64,000 nt of DNA from Felis catus. Taxonomy: Eukaryota. Positions 1-12,125 of the stretch are shown piece after piece. Position 1 is the first letter of the stretch, and each line of letters begins with the position of its first letter. Location of the stretch: contig NC_058369.1 of the NCBI RefSeq assembly GCF_018350175.1, positions 496,001 through 560,000 of the forward strand. The letters run 5' to 3'. A program made the translations under genes and the position numbers. The notes below the pieces were generated by a model, which saw only the letters and a list, made by a program, of their open reading frames with translations, was not told where the DNA came from and did not search any database.

Positions 1-1
1 T

Positions 2-238
2 CAACAGGGCTGGTTTGAGGGATGGTTTAACAAATCCCCCTGGTTTACCACTCTAGTCTCCTCCCTCATAGGCCCTTTAATACTCCTACTATTAATACTG
101 TTGTTCGGACCTTGCATCCTCAACCGCTTGGTACAATTCATAAGAGAGAGACTCTCTGTCATCCAGGCCTTGGTCCTAACTCAACAGTACCACCAACTAA
201 GACAATTTGACACAGAGAGGCCAGATACAATCGAATGA
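2..238 (+). CDS. env: 3' end of gammaretroviral env (TM membrane anchor, cytoplasmic tail, R peptide); endogenous provirus, ERV-DC/FeLV-like; 5' part outside window
   Basis: Frame from nt 2 reads [81 protein letters not shown] at 236-238; typical MLV/FeLV-type TM tail. Confidence 0.95.
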   Translation, partial: QQGWFEGWFNKSPWFTTLVSSLIGPLILLLLILLFGPCILNRLVQFIRERLSVIQALVLTQQYHQLRQFDTERPDTIE

Positions 239-273
239 AAGGTTTCATTCGGTGCCAAAAGAAAGTGGGGGAA

Positions 274-865
274 TGAAAGACCCCTGCTTAGCTTAATAAC
301 ACACCCCCACCCTATCTTCAGCTTTGGTAACGCCTCACTTGCAGGGCTTGTACTTCCACACATAAGTAACAAAACCAGTTGGCAAGCAGGATATCTGCGG
401 TTAGACATCCGGGCCCCGGGAGAACTGGACCCCGGGAGAACTGGACCCCGGGAGAACTGGACCCCCACCTTCCCCACCGCAAGACAGGTACAGGTTGCTA
501 CATAAATAACCGCTTTCATTTCGCTTCTGTAAAACTGCTTACGCGCCCAACCCTAGCCGGCAAGTCCCCAGCCGCTTCGCAACCCGGGCTCCAAGTTGCA
601 TCAGCCGAAGGAAACTTCATTTCCCAAGCATCCCCAGGACACAATTACCCCCACCCCTAACCACCACCAAGAAGAGAGCCTACCACCAGCCTGTATGCAA
701 ATGTAACTCAAATGGTATAAAAGACCTGTAACCTCGCTTACCGGGGCTCTCCCGCTTTCTATCACTGGGGAGCCCTGGTGCACCAGTAAAGACTCTCTAC
801 CGAAATCGGAGTGCCGTGTGGTTCCTCGCGCCAAATCTCGTTCCCTAGGGACGTGGGTCCCAACA
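274..865 (+). mobile_element. 3' LTR of endogenous gammaretrovirus (~592 bp)
   Basis: Polypurine tract AAAAGAAAGTGGGGGAA (257-273) directly before TGAAAGACCCC; TATAAAA 716-722; AGTAAA 785-790; ends ...GGGTCCCAACA at 865. Confidence 0.9.
414..461 (+). repeat. 3x 16-bp direct repeat (CCCCGGGAGAACTGGA) in LTR U3
   Basis: Three perfect tandem copies read directly. Confidence 0.95.
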
Positions 866-2246
866 AACCCAAGGAGATAAGAGAAGGACCAAACACCACA
901 CCCATGCTTCTGGGCACAGCCGGGAAATTAGCAGACGGGCTGGATTTCCCAGGGTGCTGTGGGCATCACCGCTGCTCGTCTGGGTGTGCTGGTGGTATCG
1001 GGCAGGAGGCTGGGCTGGGGCAGGTTGGGAGTTAAATAGGGCTGCAGGGAGGAGGCTCCTGAGGAGCTGACCCTCAAGTAGGAGGGAGGGCAGTGAACGA
1101 GCCAGGTGACCCTCAGAGCATCAGCAGAGAGCACAGCCAGGGCAAAGGCCCTGAGACAGGCCTGGGGCTGAACACGTGGGGGCACAGAGAGGACATGCCT
1201 GGTGGAGAGTTCACCCGGCAGGGGTGGGGTCCTGGAGGACATCTTGGCTGAGGGGGCAGTGGGGAGCCATGGCAGATTTTGAGCAAGGGAGGCTCCTGAC
1301 CTGAGTTAGCAGGTTCCCCCCACTCCCTGCTTTGAGATGCTGTTGTTACTGCTACTGTTTTGTCACAGTATGTTCTGTCTGCATCCCGCCGGCCAGGACC
1401 GACACAGGCAACAAGAGTGAAGTGATTGTTTGCCGAGAGCAAGGGGAGCCCACCCAGAAGGCGCCCACCGACCCCACAGAGGGGCCCGACCCGGGGTCCT
1501 GCCCTGACGCCCCGGGGTCCCACTCAGAGAGCTCAGGCACTGAGGGGATGGGGGGGGGCCCAAGAGGTGGCTGTGGGGAAAGGGCCTGGGGCCCCTGCCG
1601 CACCTGCAGCCCCCATGCCCGGCCGCCGACACCCCAGGGCCCGAGCCCTCAGCCCAGAACCTGAAGGGGCCCCTGCAGCCCCAGGTCCTCCAGCTGTGGT
1701 CCCCGTCCCACCGGCATCACCGAGGTCCCACCCCAGAATACCTGGAGCTCCCCTGCCCTGTGAGCCCTTCATCATTACTCATCCCCTGCATTCTCCCCAG
1801 GGGTGGGTCCTGGAAAACGAGTGAGTGCCAGGGAGTCAAGGGCAGAGGACAGCTGCAGGGGCCCCAGACCTCTTTGCCAGGTTCCCGATGGACGCCAACA
1901 TTCCTAAGATACTGACGCGTGTTCACTCAACTACACTTATGTCAGGCTGGCTCCCTGTGGCTGCTCAGAGGCACGTACATGTTGACCTGTTGCACGCTGA
2001 CAGCGAACCTGAGGGCAGTGAGGAGATTTCCAGACGGGGACACGGACGCATGGAGAGGCCAGCTGTGATTGCCGCATAAAATCACGTGGCCAAGCGGGGA
2101 GTCGGGATTTGAACCCAGGCTCCAAGTGGGGGCGCCGAGGCCAAGGAATTATACAGAATTATACAATTCCATAAACCTGAGGTGTTGAATTTTGGGGTGT
2201 CTGAGTCTGGATGTCTTGGGTTCCGGGAGGTTGAGTGCCTAGCACC

Positions 2247-2770
2247 CAGGTCAGCAAACTATCTTCTGCGAAGGGCCAGAAGCCAGTGTTCTCAGCCTCG
2301 CGGCGGACAGAGCACTTAGCTCACCGTGTGACACAACGGCAGCTGGAGACGAGTGGGCACAGCTGAGTGCCAATAAAACTTTTGTGCGACACACATTTTA
2401 AAATTATATGATTCCCACGTGTTGCAGAGTACTATTCCTTTCACCCACTTAAAAATGCTGGAGGGGCACCTGGGGGGCTCAGTCGGTTAAGCATCCGACG
2501 TCAGCTCAGGTCGTGATCCCGCGGTCCGTGAGTTCCAGCCCCGCGTCGGGCTCTGGGCTGCCGGCTCGGAGGCCAGAGCCTGCTTCAGATTCTGTGTCAC
2601 CCTCTCTCTCTGCCCCTCCCCTGCTCACACTCTGTCTCTCTCCCTCTCAAAGATAAATAAACATTTTAAAAAAATGATGGTTAAGAATGTCAGAAAACAT
2701 CGTTATCTCAAGGGCCAGACCAAAAAAATAAATACATAAATCTAGGATCTGGATTTGGCCCCCGGGTCCA
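2247..2770. mobile_element. MER58-like hAT DNA transposon relic, interrupted by a SINE
   Basis: CAGCAAACT...AAGGGCCAGA start, GTGCCAATAAAACTTT, GGATTTGGCCC end; family from memory of consensus. Confidence 0.55.
2463..2693 (+). mobile_element. Carnivore tRNA-derived SINE (CAN-SINE/SINEC_Fc-like)
   Basis: GGGGCACCTGGGGGGCTCAGTCGGTTAAG head, (CT)n, A-rich tail. Confidence 0.9.
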
Positions 2771-2774
2771 GAAC

Positions 2775-3170
2775 AGCGCTGGCCGATAGAAATTTATAAG
2801 ACCAACCGGACCCATGGTTTTAAATTCGAAGCCACATTAAGAGGACTAAAAGAGAACAGTGTTAGTAATACGTTTCACATAACTCGTTATCTTGAAAATA
2901 TTACCATTTCAACATGCAACGTATGTGAAAAATTCCCGAGGTGTTAATTCACACCCTTTTCCAAATCCGGGCTGGGCTTCCCATGCCCAGCACGCCTCAC
3001 TTCCCACGCTGACATAACGTGGAAACACTCACGCGTAGCTGGGGTGTGCAAAACTTACACCTAACAGCAAAGCGCGTATGTTCCCGGGTTGTTTCAAATC
3101 TCCTCAGATGTTTTCCCCAAATGGAATTTACTTTTAAGTCAGGATGAATTAAAATCTAGGACGAAGCCTC
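2775..3170. mobile_element. MER3/MER33-like hAT relic
   Basis: CAGCGCTGGCCGATAGAAATTT start and AT-rich body. Confidence 0.4.
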
Positions 3171-4001
3171 TGCTCCCTGGCTGCCGGGGGATGGGGGGCA
3201 CTGCCTCGAGCGCTCACTCGCCCCGAGAACTTGCCCGAGCGGGCACGGCGTGGACGTAGGGCTGCACACACAGGCAAGCGTCCAGTCCATCTTGTCTGTC
3301 TCAGAGCCTCCCAGGGCAGGGCGGGGTCCCCAGAGTCACTGGCGGCTCCTGGACAAGCACCGGGGGGCTGGGCACGTTGCTGGCAGCCGCTGACCACCGC
3401 AGGCCGGGGCAGGGGCCCAGGGGAGCGGCTTGAGCCGCCTTCCCGCCGCCAGCCGCACAGGGCCCTGGGTCCCACGGATTCCCATGCCCCAGCAGGACCC
3501 GCAGGGGGGCCATCTGGCTGCCCCCCCAGGGCCCTGCCGCCCTCAGAGCGCCCCACCTCGATACCAACAATCCACATTACTCCCACACTCAGAGCTGCAC
3601 CTTCCCGTTGTTGGCTCCCCGCCATGCACTGGTCCCCCCCCCTTTCACAGATGGGGAAGCTGAGACCCAAAAGGGAAGGGACTCACCCGAGACCACCGGC
3701 TAGGACTTGAACCCTGAAGAAAGGACCTTCAGATGGAAGGAATCGGAAGGGTTGACAGATATCCAGGAAGTGGGGGCCAGGGAGGTGTGCTCCTCGGGGA
3801 AGGGGTAGGGGTGAGTCACCTCTGAGCCCTCACAGAGCCCAACCAGCTGCTTGTCACGTGTGCCAAACTCCTACTCATGCTTTTAAACCCCGTCTCCCAT
3901 GTCCCCTTTTACATGCAGCTTTCTTTGACACCTCTCGTGGTGCCTTGGCTTCCCTCCAGTTTCCTTCATCCCTCTTTCAGGCTTGTCTTTCTGTCCTGTA
4001 C

Positions 4002-4127
4002 CTGCTCACAGGGGCAGGGGTGGGGTCTGGGCTGCTCACAGGGGGCAGGGGTGGGGTCTGGGCTGCTCACAGGGGGCAGGGGTGGGGTCTGGGCCTGCCC
4101 ACAGGGCCAGGGGTGGGGTCTGGGCCT
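4002..4127 (+). repeat. ~31-bp G-rich minisatellite, 4 copies
   Basis: CTGCTCACAGGGGGCAGGGGTGGGGTCTGGG unit repeated. Confidence 0.9.
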
Positions 4128-4984
4128 GGCTCAGTCCTTCTAGGGACGGGCTGGACCAGAGCTAAGGTCTCCTGTGAGCCAGCATCTCCTAGCAAAGGCA
4201 CTGGCCCAGAAGCCAGGCTGGGGAGCATTTGAGGAGTGAATAGTCGGGTGAGTGGATGAATGAGGAGAGTGAGCTGCTGAGTAAGTGAATTCATTCATTC
4301 CGTCACCTATTTGTGAATTTATTGATCTATCGGTACAAGCGCACGCCGCCTGTCGAGAACCACGTGCGTGCCCGGCCTGGAAAACTTGGCAGCCTCAGCT
4401 GTACCCCAGGACATGTCGACCTCTCGTCTCTGTCCCACTGTCTCCCCACTCCCTGTCATCCCTCGGTGGGACATTCGAGGCCCCTTGTCATTGCTCGCTT
4501 TCCCCGGCCCATCGGGTTGGTCCCCACGTGCTTTCAAGCACTGACGGTCTCTGCAGGGCTTGGCACCTTTGGTTCTGCCGGGAACACTATCCCTTTTGGG
4601 TTGGCAAACTCCTACTCATCCATCAAAGTCCCAGCTGCAGCGGCCCCTCCTTGGAGGAGCCTGCCCTAGTTCCCTAGTCCACCACCCAGCTGTGGGAGTC
4701 CCAGGACCCGGGTGGACCGGGAGGCGCCTCAGTGTGACAGACAGGGGTCCTCGTCCGTGCTCCAAGGTGCCAGAGTCCCACCCAACAGTGCCCCCCTTCG
4801 CGTCCTCGCGCAGAGGGGCAAACTTAGACGGGTGCCGGCGCCGCCTGGGGTCTTCCAGCAGGGAGAGGGCGGGGGGGTGGGGGGGCCTCGTCTGGGCCGT
4901 CCGGAGCCCCTGCCCCTCCCCGCGTCCGCTTCCCGGCGGCTCGGACGGGACGAGGGGGCCCCTCCAGCCCTGGGGACGGGGCGC

Positions 4985-5110
4985 CCCGCCGGGGCGGGGG
5001 CGGGGCGGGGGTCGGGGGCGGCGAGGGGCTCAGGAAGTCGGGCCGCAGGAATCCGACGCGGCCCGGCCTTATAAGGACAAGTGCGCGGGGGCCAATCAGC
5101 GGCGGGGGCG
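4985..5110 (+). promoter_or_regulatory. CNN2 promoter: GC boxes, CArG box, CCAAT, in a CpG island
   Basis: GGGGCGGGG array ~4990-5020; CCTTATAAGG (CC(A/T)6GG) 5067-5076; CCAAT 5092-5096. Confidence 0.85.
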
Positions 5111-5191
5111 TGGCGCCGGGCCCCGCGAGTCCCCCGCCGCCCCGCGGGCTCGTCCCGTCCCGTCCCGGCCCGGCCCGTCCCGCCGCCAGCC

Positions 5192-7675
5192 ATGAGCTCC
5201 ACGCAGTTCAACAAGGGGCCCTCGTACGGGCTCTCGGCCGAGGTCAAAAACCGGGTGAGTGAGGGCGCGCCCTCCGCGCCCGCCGGGCTCCCCAACGTGG
5301 GGCGGGCAGCGAGCGCCCAGACCCGGGAGGAGGGTGGCCCTCCGACCCCCTACCGCCCGGGGTCCCCACGGGGCACCCTCCCGAGCCCCCCTCCCGGCCC
5401 CAAGTGTGGGGAGCGGTCTGGCATCCCCCCGCATCTAGGAGTGCTTGGGTCTAACCCCTTCCTCTAGCGCTCCCCCACCTGAACCCCTCCCTCACTCTCA
5501 GCCCCACGGCCCTTCCCGCGTTTCCAGGCCCGAGAATGCCCCGAGGGGACCCCAGCAGCCCCCCCTCCTCATTCCCCCGGCCACACGAGCTTCAGGCGGG
5601 GAAGGGGAAGGGAGCGGGGCCAGTCCGCCGTTGTTTTCCAAGGGTGTGGCCCCCCCTCAGGAATTTCCCCGCCTCTAACACCTGGGGTGGGGGGGCAGGA
5701 CCAAGGGGGAAGTTGGACCTGGTGGGGGGGGGTGCCCCTGCTCAGCTGCTTCTTGCTGACTTCCCTTTGTCCCCATCTGGCAAAGTTAAGGTGGTGGCAA
5801 AGGCCTGTTCAGGATGCTGGGGGTCCCGAGACCCGGGATGGGGCCTGGGGGGAGACACTGTTTGAGAAAGCACTTGTTGGCTGGCTCAGAGAGCAGCAGA
5901 CACTTCCCGAGGGTCACACAGCGGGTCCAGCCTACGGAACGGAGAGCAGCGGGTGATCCCTGACCCAGGGAGATGGTCGTGGCCCGGGCCAGTCACTCTG
6001 GGCCCTTCCGGCAGGAGGGGAGCTTGTCCCTCCCACCGGGCACCTGGGAATGTGGCCCCACAGCCAGCAGCCCCCGGGAGCCTGCCTGGGCATGTGGAAG
6101 GCATAGCCTTGCCAGCCAGGGACCGGCACCTGTCCCACTGGCAGCCCGGGGATCGCGGACAGGAGGGGGACCGCGAGGGCCTCCTGAGCTCCGAGGAGCT
6201 GGCCTCAGCCCCTCGGACAGAGGGAGGCTGAGCCTTGGGGAGCTAAGGCGCAGTGAGCAGGCTAAGGCTGCCGAGCCTTCCTGAAACGCGTTCTCCACTC
6301 CAGCAATCGCTGGATGGTGTGACCGTTTACACCGCCCGTGCTGGTGCCGGTGAGTGGCCCGCTCAGCCCCAAGGGAGGTTAAGAGCCGGGTCTGTGTGTG
6401 GGGCTCCCAAGAGATGTCACACGAGCTGCCCAGAACCACACACGGCCTGCGAGCGGCAGAGTCAGGGCTGGAACCCAGACCTGCTGCACCCAGTGCCTGA
6501 TGGCCACCCCCCTGTGTCTCCTGGGGCGGCAGGAAGTGGGTGAGGGCGTGGCACCCGGCCCGTGCACGCAGGCAGTTTCCGCAGACGGAAGGGGCAGGTC
6601 GAGACCTGCTGTGTCTGGGATGAGGTCAGAAGGCGCCCGGTGACCAGCCCTCAGCTTGCAGGCCTGGAGAATGGGCAGGGCAGTGACTAGCTTGCCAGGG
6701 TCACTGGGGCCGCACCAGAAGGGGAAACCAGCTTCCTGTGGCTTCAGATCCACGCCGCGTCCACTTTACCGGCTACTTAAGAGGAGGTTGAGACCTCTGG
6801 ACGCCTCCGCCTGGCCCCCCGTGCCTCAGTTTACCCCTGGCTGGATGGCATGAAGGCAGGCTGATGTCCAGCGTCCCTCTGAGCAGTCACTCAATTTCCG
6901 GCCGGCTGGGGGGGTCTAGACCTCTGGGAACAGCTGGTCCCGATTTAGCAGGGAGGCAGCGGCTGCATTCCTGGAAGTTTGCGGTGAGGAGGAATGTGCT
7001 GAAGGCCGCTGTCCGGTGGGGGGAGGGGGGAGGCGGCGGCCGCGGGTGGGGCTGGCCGGGCGCCTCTGCCCAGGACCGCGGCCCCCAGGAGCCATCAGGG
7101 GCCAGCCCCGCAGGCACGCGCGGTGTCCAGACCGGCTGGCCTGTCTCAGGCTCAGCTTCTCCTCAGGGCAGGGCCGCGGGGCTGTGGGAGCCAGGAGATG
7201 GGGGGTGGGCCAGGAGGATCGGGTTAGCGGGCCAGCCTCCCCGCCTTTGTCTCTGCTGTGCTCTGGTCAGCTCAGCCCTGATCCCATGTCGTGAGGTTTC
7301 TATGCAGGAACCAAGAAGTGGGGCCCAGTTCAGGAGGCCCTGACGCAGACAATTCTGCACAGCTGGGGAAACTGAGGCACGGGGTGAGAACTGTGTCCAT
7401 GCTCATAAGGGGGTTGGGAGCAGAGGTGAGAGTAGAAGTGGGGTCTGCAGAGGGTGGCTCTGGGGTCCTGGTCCCCCGGTAGGGGTGGAAGGACAGGAAG
7501 GGAGAGCGTCCAGGGCAGGGATCTGTGTGGGCAAATGTGTGCGGGCATCTCAGCAGCCGCCCTGGGGCTGTCCGTGTCTGCCCACACACTGGCTTGGGTC
7601 CCCCTGACTTGCTGTGGCTTCTCTGGGCCCCAGCTATCCTGGCTTTCTTGGCCTTGGGTGCCCCGAGGGAAACAT

Positions 7676-7739
<64 letters not shown>

Positions 7740-9101
7740 CGCGCTGGTGGGTAATGGGTGTGCGCTGATGGGAGACCGTGAACATTTTTGTCCATTTACC
7801 CAGGGACTGTGGAGACAGCACTGAGCTGGGCAGCAGAGTTTGAGGGGTAGATCATAAGCAAGGAGGTATATCGTATAAAGGTAAAAGCTAGAAGGAAAAT
7901 AAGGCAGAGTCGGGGAAAGAAGGGCATGAGGAGGGCTCTCCTAGCCAGGGTACTCAGGGAAACCCTCTCCAAGGAGGTAACCTTTAAGCTGGATCGGTGA
8001 CTAGATTGAAGGGAGGGACCCAGCCATGCAAACATCTGAGCCAAAAGTGACAGCTTGTGCAAGGGTCCTGAGGCAGTAAGTGGTATGGTCAGTGTAAGGA
8101 GCAGAGAGAGTTTTAGTGGTTCCTCAGTAAGTTTAACATAGGGTTACCAGGTGACCCGGCAATTTCAGTCCTAGAGACACATCCAAAAGAATCGTATGTG
8201 AATATTCATGGCAGTGTCCTTCACTGTAGTCAAAGGTGGAAGCAACCCAAATGTCCATCCATGGATGAATGGGTAAATACAACGGGTCCATCCGCACACT
8301 GGAACGTTACTCAGCCGTCAACAGGAGTGAGGCGCCCACACCCACCGCCCCGCGGGCGGACCCTGAACACACGACGCTCAGGGAGGGAACCCGACACGAG
8401 AGGCCACACGGGGTGTGAGTCCACGTGTGTGAAATGTCCAGAACGGGCTCGTCCACGGGCAGGAAGGGGCTCGCGGGGGCCAGGGGGTGGGGGGGATGAC
8501 TGCTATTGGGGACAGGGTTTCTTTTGGAGACATGGAATGTTCTGGAATTAGACTATGGCGGTGGTTGCGCAATGTTGTATGTTAAAAACTACTGATTGTT
8601 TACTGTTTTTTTTCGAGAGCATGCTCACGAGCCAGGGAGAAAGAGAGACAATGTTAAGCAGGCTCCACACTCAGCGCAGAGGCTAATTCAGGGCTTGATC
8701 TCACGACCCCGAGATCATGACCTGAGCTGAAATCAAGAGTTGGATGCTCAACCGAGCCACCCAGGCGTCCCTGAGCCGTTCACTTAAACATGGTTAAAAT
8801 GATAAATGTTATGTTATTGTTATCTCACCACAATTTAAAAACCGCAACAGAGGGGCGTCTGGCCGGCTCAGTCAGTAGAGCATGTGACTCTTGACCTCCA
8901 GCCCCACGTTGGGTGTAGAGATTACTTGCAAAAAAGGTTTTTTTTTTTTTTTAATAAATAAAATAGGGGCGCCTGGGTGGCTCAGTCAGGTAAGGGTCGG
9001 ACTTCGGCTCAGGGTATGATCTCATGGTCTGTGGGTTCAAGCCCCGCGTTGGGCTCTGTGCTGACAGCTCGGAGCCTGGAGCTGCTTCGGATTGTGTGTG
9101 T

Positions 9102-9139
<38 letters not shown>

Positions 9140-12125
9140 AATAAGCATTAAAACAATAAATAGACAACAGACAAGAGCGGGGTTCTCCAGTGCGGGGAGA
9201 GCAGGGCGCCGCCAGGGCGTGGGGGCGGGACCGGAAGGAGCCGAGAGCAGGTGTTTGTCGCCAGAGGTGGGGGCGTGTCTGAGCCTGCCAAGGGGGAGCG
9301 GCCCCGCCCTCCCGGAGCTCCCCAGCTGACCGCACCCCGTGTCCTCTGCTCACCCAGCTCCTGTCCAAATATGACCCCCAGAAGGAGGCCGAGCTCCGTA
9401 GCTGGATCGAGGGACTCACCGGCCTCTCGATTGGGCCCGACTTCCAGAAGGGTCTCAAGGACGGCGTTATCTTGTGCACGTGAGTGCGGTGTGGGCAGGT
9501 GCCGGTGGCCCTGACGGTGTGCGCTTCGAGGTCACACGGTCCCAGGGCTGGCTTTCCCCGCAGCGGGTCTCGGGGACCGCTTGTCTTTCGCCTTCTCGCG
9601 TGGCCGCTTGGGGGCGGCTCTCTGGCGGCCAATGTTCTCACCTCACACCCGCCCTCGGGTGGGAGCCTCCGCGTTCCTGGGCCCTTCCTCCCTGCGTCCT
9701 GCTCGGGTGGCTTCGGACATCCCTGGGCGTGCAAGTCCGCAGACTCGCCCCCCACGACAGTGGTTGCCACACTCGGGCCCTCTGCTCCCTTGCGGGTGAA
9801 GATTACATCGCAGGCGGGGAAACTGAGGCCTGGAGTGAGGTTGCTTGGGAAGGCAAGAATGTGGCAAGAGTACAATTTGTTTCTCGGGTCTCTGAGGCTC
9901 CCCTGCGCTAACGGAAGGTCCTATCCCCCCTCCCCAGACTCATGAATAAGCTTCAGCCGGGCTCTGTGCCCAAGATCAACCGCTCCATGCAGAACTGGCA
10001 CCAGGTGAGGCGCCCGCGGGCGGCAGGAGGGGGCAGCTGACCCACCACGTGTGGCGGGTGGGTGGGTGGGCCGGGTGGCCTCACGCTCCTTCTCCCACCT
10101 CCTCCCAGCTGGAAAACCTCTCGAACTTCATCAAGGCCATGGTCAGCTACGGCATGAACCCTGTGGACCTGTTCGAGGCCAACGACCTGTTCGAGAGCGG
10201 GAACATGACCCAGGTGCAGGTGTCCCTTCTGGCCCTGGCCGGGAAGGTGAGGCCCAGAGACGGCACCAGGCACCTCGGGCTGCGTGCTGGACAAGGCAGG
10301 CATGGTCTGCCCAGTCGCAGACTCACGGTCTCAAGGGAGGAGACAAGGAACTAATCTTTTACTTAAAAAATAAAAAACCAAGCTTTATATTTGAGAGCAG
10401 TTTTAGGTTCGCAGCAAAGTTGAGAGGAAGGTGCTGAGATTTGCCGCGTGCCTCCTGGCCCCGCGCGCACGGCCGCCCCATTGGGTGGCACTGTGTCCCT
10501 CAGGGGACATTTGTCACAATCCGTGAAGCTCCGTGGACACGCCATTGTCAGCCAGAGTTCATCCCCGAGTCACTCTGGATAGATTAGAAATACGTTACAT
10601 GTTGTGGGAAACACCCTGAGCACAGGAGGATCCGGCCAGTGTGTGGGGTCTAGTGACCAGGGAGGAGCGAGGGGCAGGTGTCCCTGCCCGGCGAGCTGCT
10701 GGCGGGTCGGGTAGGAGGGGTTGGCAGTGAGGATGCCCCCCGTCCCCCGAGTCCTTGTCCTGAGCTGTCAGACCGCTGGTGGCTGAGGCGCTGGGTGGCT
10801 GGTGGGTGGGGCGGGTGGGAGCCCGTCCCCGTGCCTCTCCCAGAGTTGCACAGTCTGGGCCCGGTGCGAGGGTCTCCGTTGCCCCCACCCCTTTGATGCT
10901 CCCAACACCCCTCCCCTCCAGGCCAAGACGAAGGGGCTGCAGAGCGGCGTGGACATTGGCGTCAAATACTCAGAGAAACAGGAGCGCAACTTTGATGACG
11001 CCACCATGAAGGCGGGCCAGTGCGTCATTGGGCTCCAGGTGGGCTCCCGGTGCCTCTGACCCTGGCCCGCCCCGGTGGGGTGGGGGCTTCTAATGTGACC
11101 CGGGCCCCATGAGCCCCGTGTCCCCTCAAGTCCAGGGCGGGGTCTAGAGGCCTGGCGGGGGCACCTGACCTCTCCTGCCCGCCTCCCTGCAGATGGGCAC
11201 AAACAAGTGTGCCAGCCAGTCGGGCATGACCGCTTATGGGACGAGAAGGCATCTGTATGACCCGAAGAACCACATCCTGCCACCCATGGACCACTCAACT
11301 ATCAGCCTCCAGATGGGCACAAACAAGTGTGCCAGCCAGGTGGGGCTCCCCGGGCCCCACCTCCCTGCGTGCTCTTATCCTTGTCCCCACGCGTGCCTGT
11401 CACTGCGAGTCCCGCTCTGGAGTTCCCTCCGACCTCTCTGCCAGCTTGCCGTGTGTCCCGGGGAAGTCCTGTGCCTCACGCGCCCCACCCCCCCAGGATT
11501 GCCCAGGGGCTCCGAGCAACCCTGGTATCTTCGGATCTGCTGATTGGCACTTTCCTGCCACCTGGCATGGGCCAGTACGAGGGTGTGGGAAGTCTTGGGT
11601 TCTTGGGACGCCTCGGCCCTCACCTGGGGAGCTCCCTGGCCGGCAGGGAGAGCCAGGCCCATACAGTCGGCACAGAGGGCGAGAGAGGGCGTCCAGGCAG
11701 GGCTGGGGGGGACCCACGGGAGCCTGCCCTACGTTCAGACCCAGACGGCGTTGGTGCGGGGGGGGGGGGGGGGGCGGGGGGCGGGGTCAGGGGTGGGTGT
11801 GGCCTCCGTTGGCCCTCCTCCGCCGCCCTCAAGCTGTGTCTCTCCTCCTGTGCAGGTGGGCATGACGGCCCCCGGGACCCGGCGGCACATCTACGACACC
11901 AAGCTGGGGACCGACAAGTGTGACAACTCGTCCCTGTCCCTGCAGATGGGCTACACTCAGGGCGCCAACCAGAGCGGCCAGGTGTTCGGCCTGGGCCGGC
12001 AGATCTATGACGCCAAGTACTGCCCGCAGGGCCCGGCGGCCGATGGGGGTGCGGTGGCTGCAGGCGACGGCCCAGCGGAGGCCCCGGAATACGCCCCCTA
12101 CCGCCAGGAGGAGGCGAGCCACTGA
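5192..12125 (+). CDS. CNN2: Calponin-2, 7 exons, 307 aa
   Basis: Exons 5192-5254, 9358-9479, 9938-10004, 10109-10246, 10922-11038, 11193-11339, 11856-12125; all GT-AG; 924 nt in frame; [23 protein letters not shown] domain, calponin repeats ([11 protein letters not shown]); AATAAA 12849-12854. Confidence 0.98.
7677..7744. repeat. Compound (TG)n(AG)n(CG)n microsatellite in CNN2 intron 1
   Basis: Read directly. Confidence 0.95.
8130..8845 (+). mobile_element. Old L1 (L1MB-like) 3' UTR fragment with a minus-strand SINE inserted (~8605-8772)
   Basis: GGAAGCAACCCAAATGTCCATC, GAAATGTCCAGAA, ATCTCACCACAATTTAAAAA motifs. Confidence 0.75.
8852..9160 (+). mobile_element. Two tandem carnivore SINEs
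   Basis: GGGGCGTCTGGCCGGCTCAGTC and GGGGCGCCTGGGTGGCTCAGTC heads; (TG)(TC)n; A tail. Confidence 0.9.

Noticed and set aside
414-461. Short direct repeats as CRISPR-like arrays (also 4002-4127, 29576-29616)
   Set aside because: No unique spacers, and the context is mammalian
2463-2540. tRNA-like sequences
   Set aside because: They are heads of tRNA-derived carnivore SINEs, not tRNA genes
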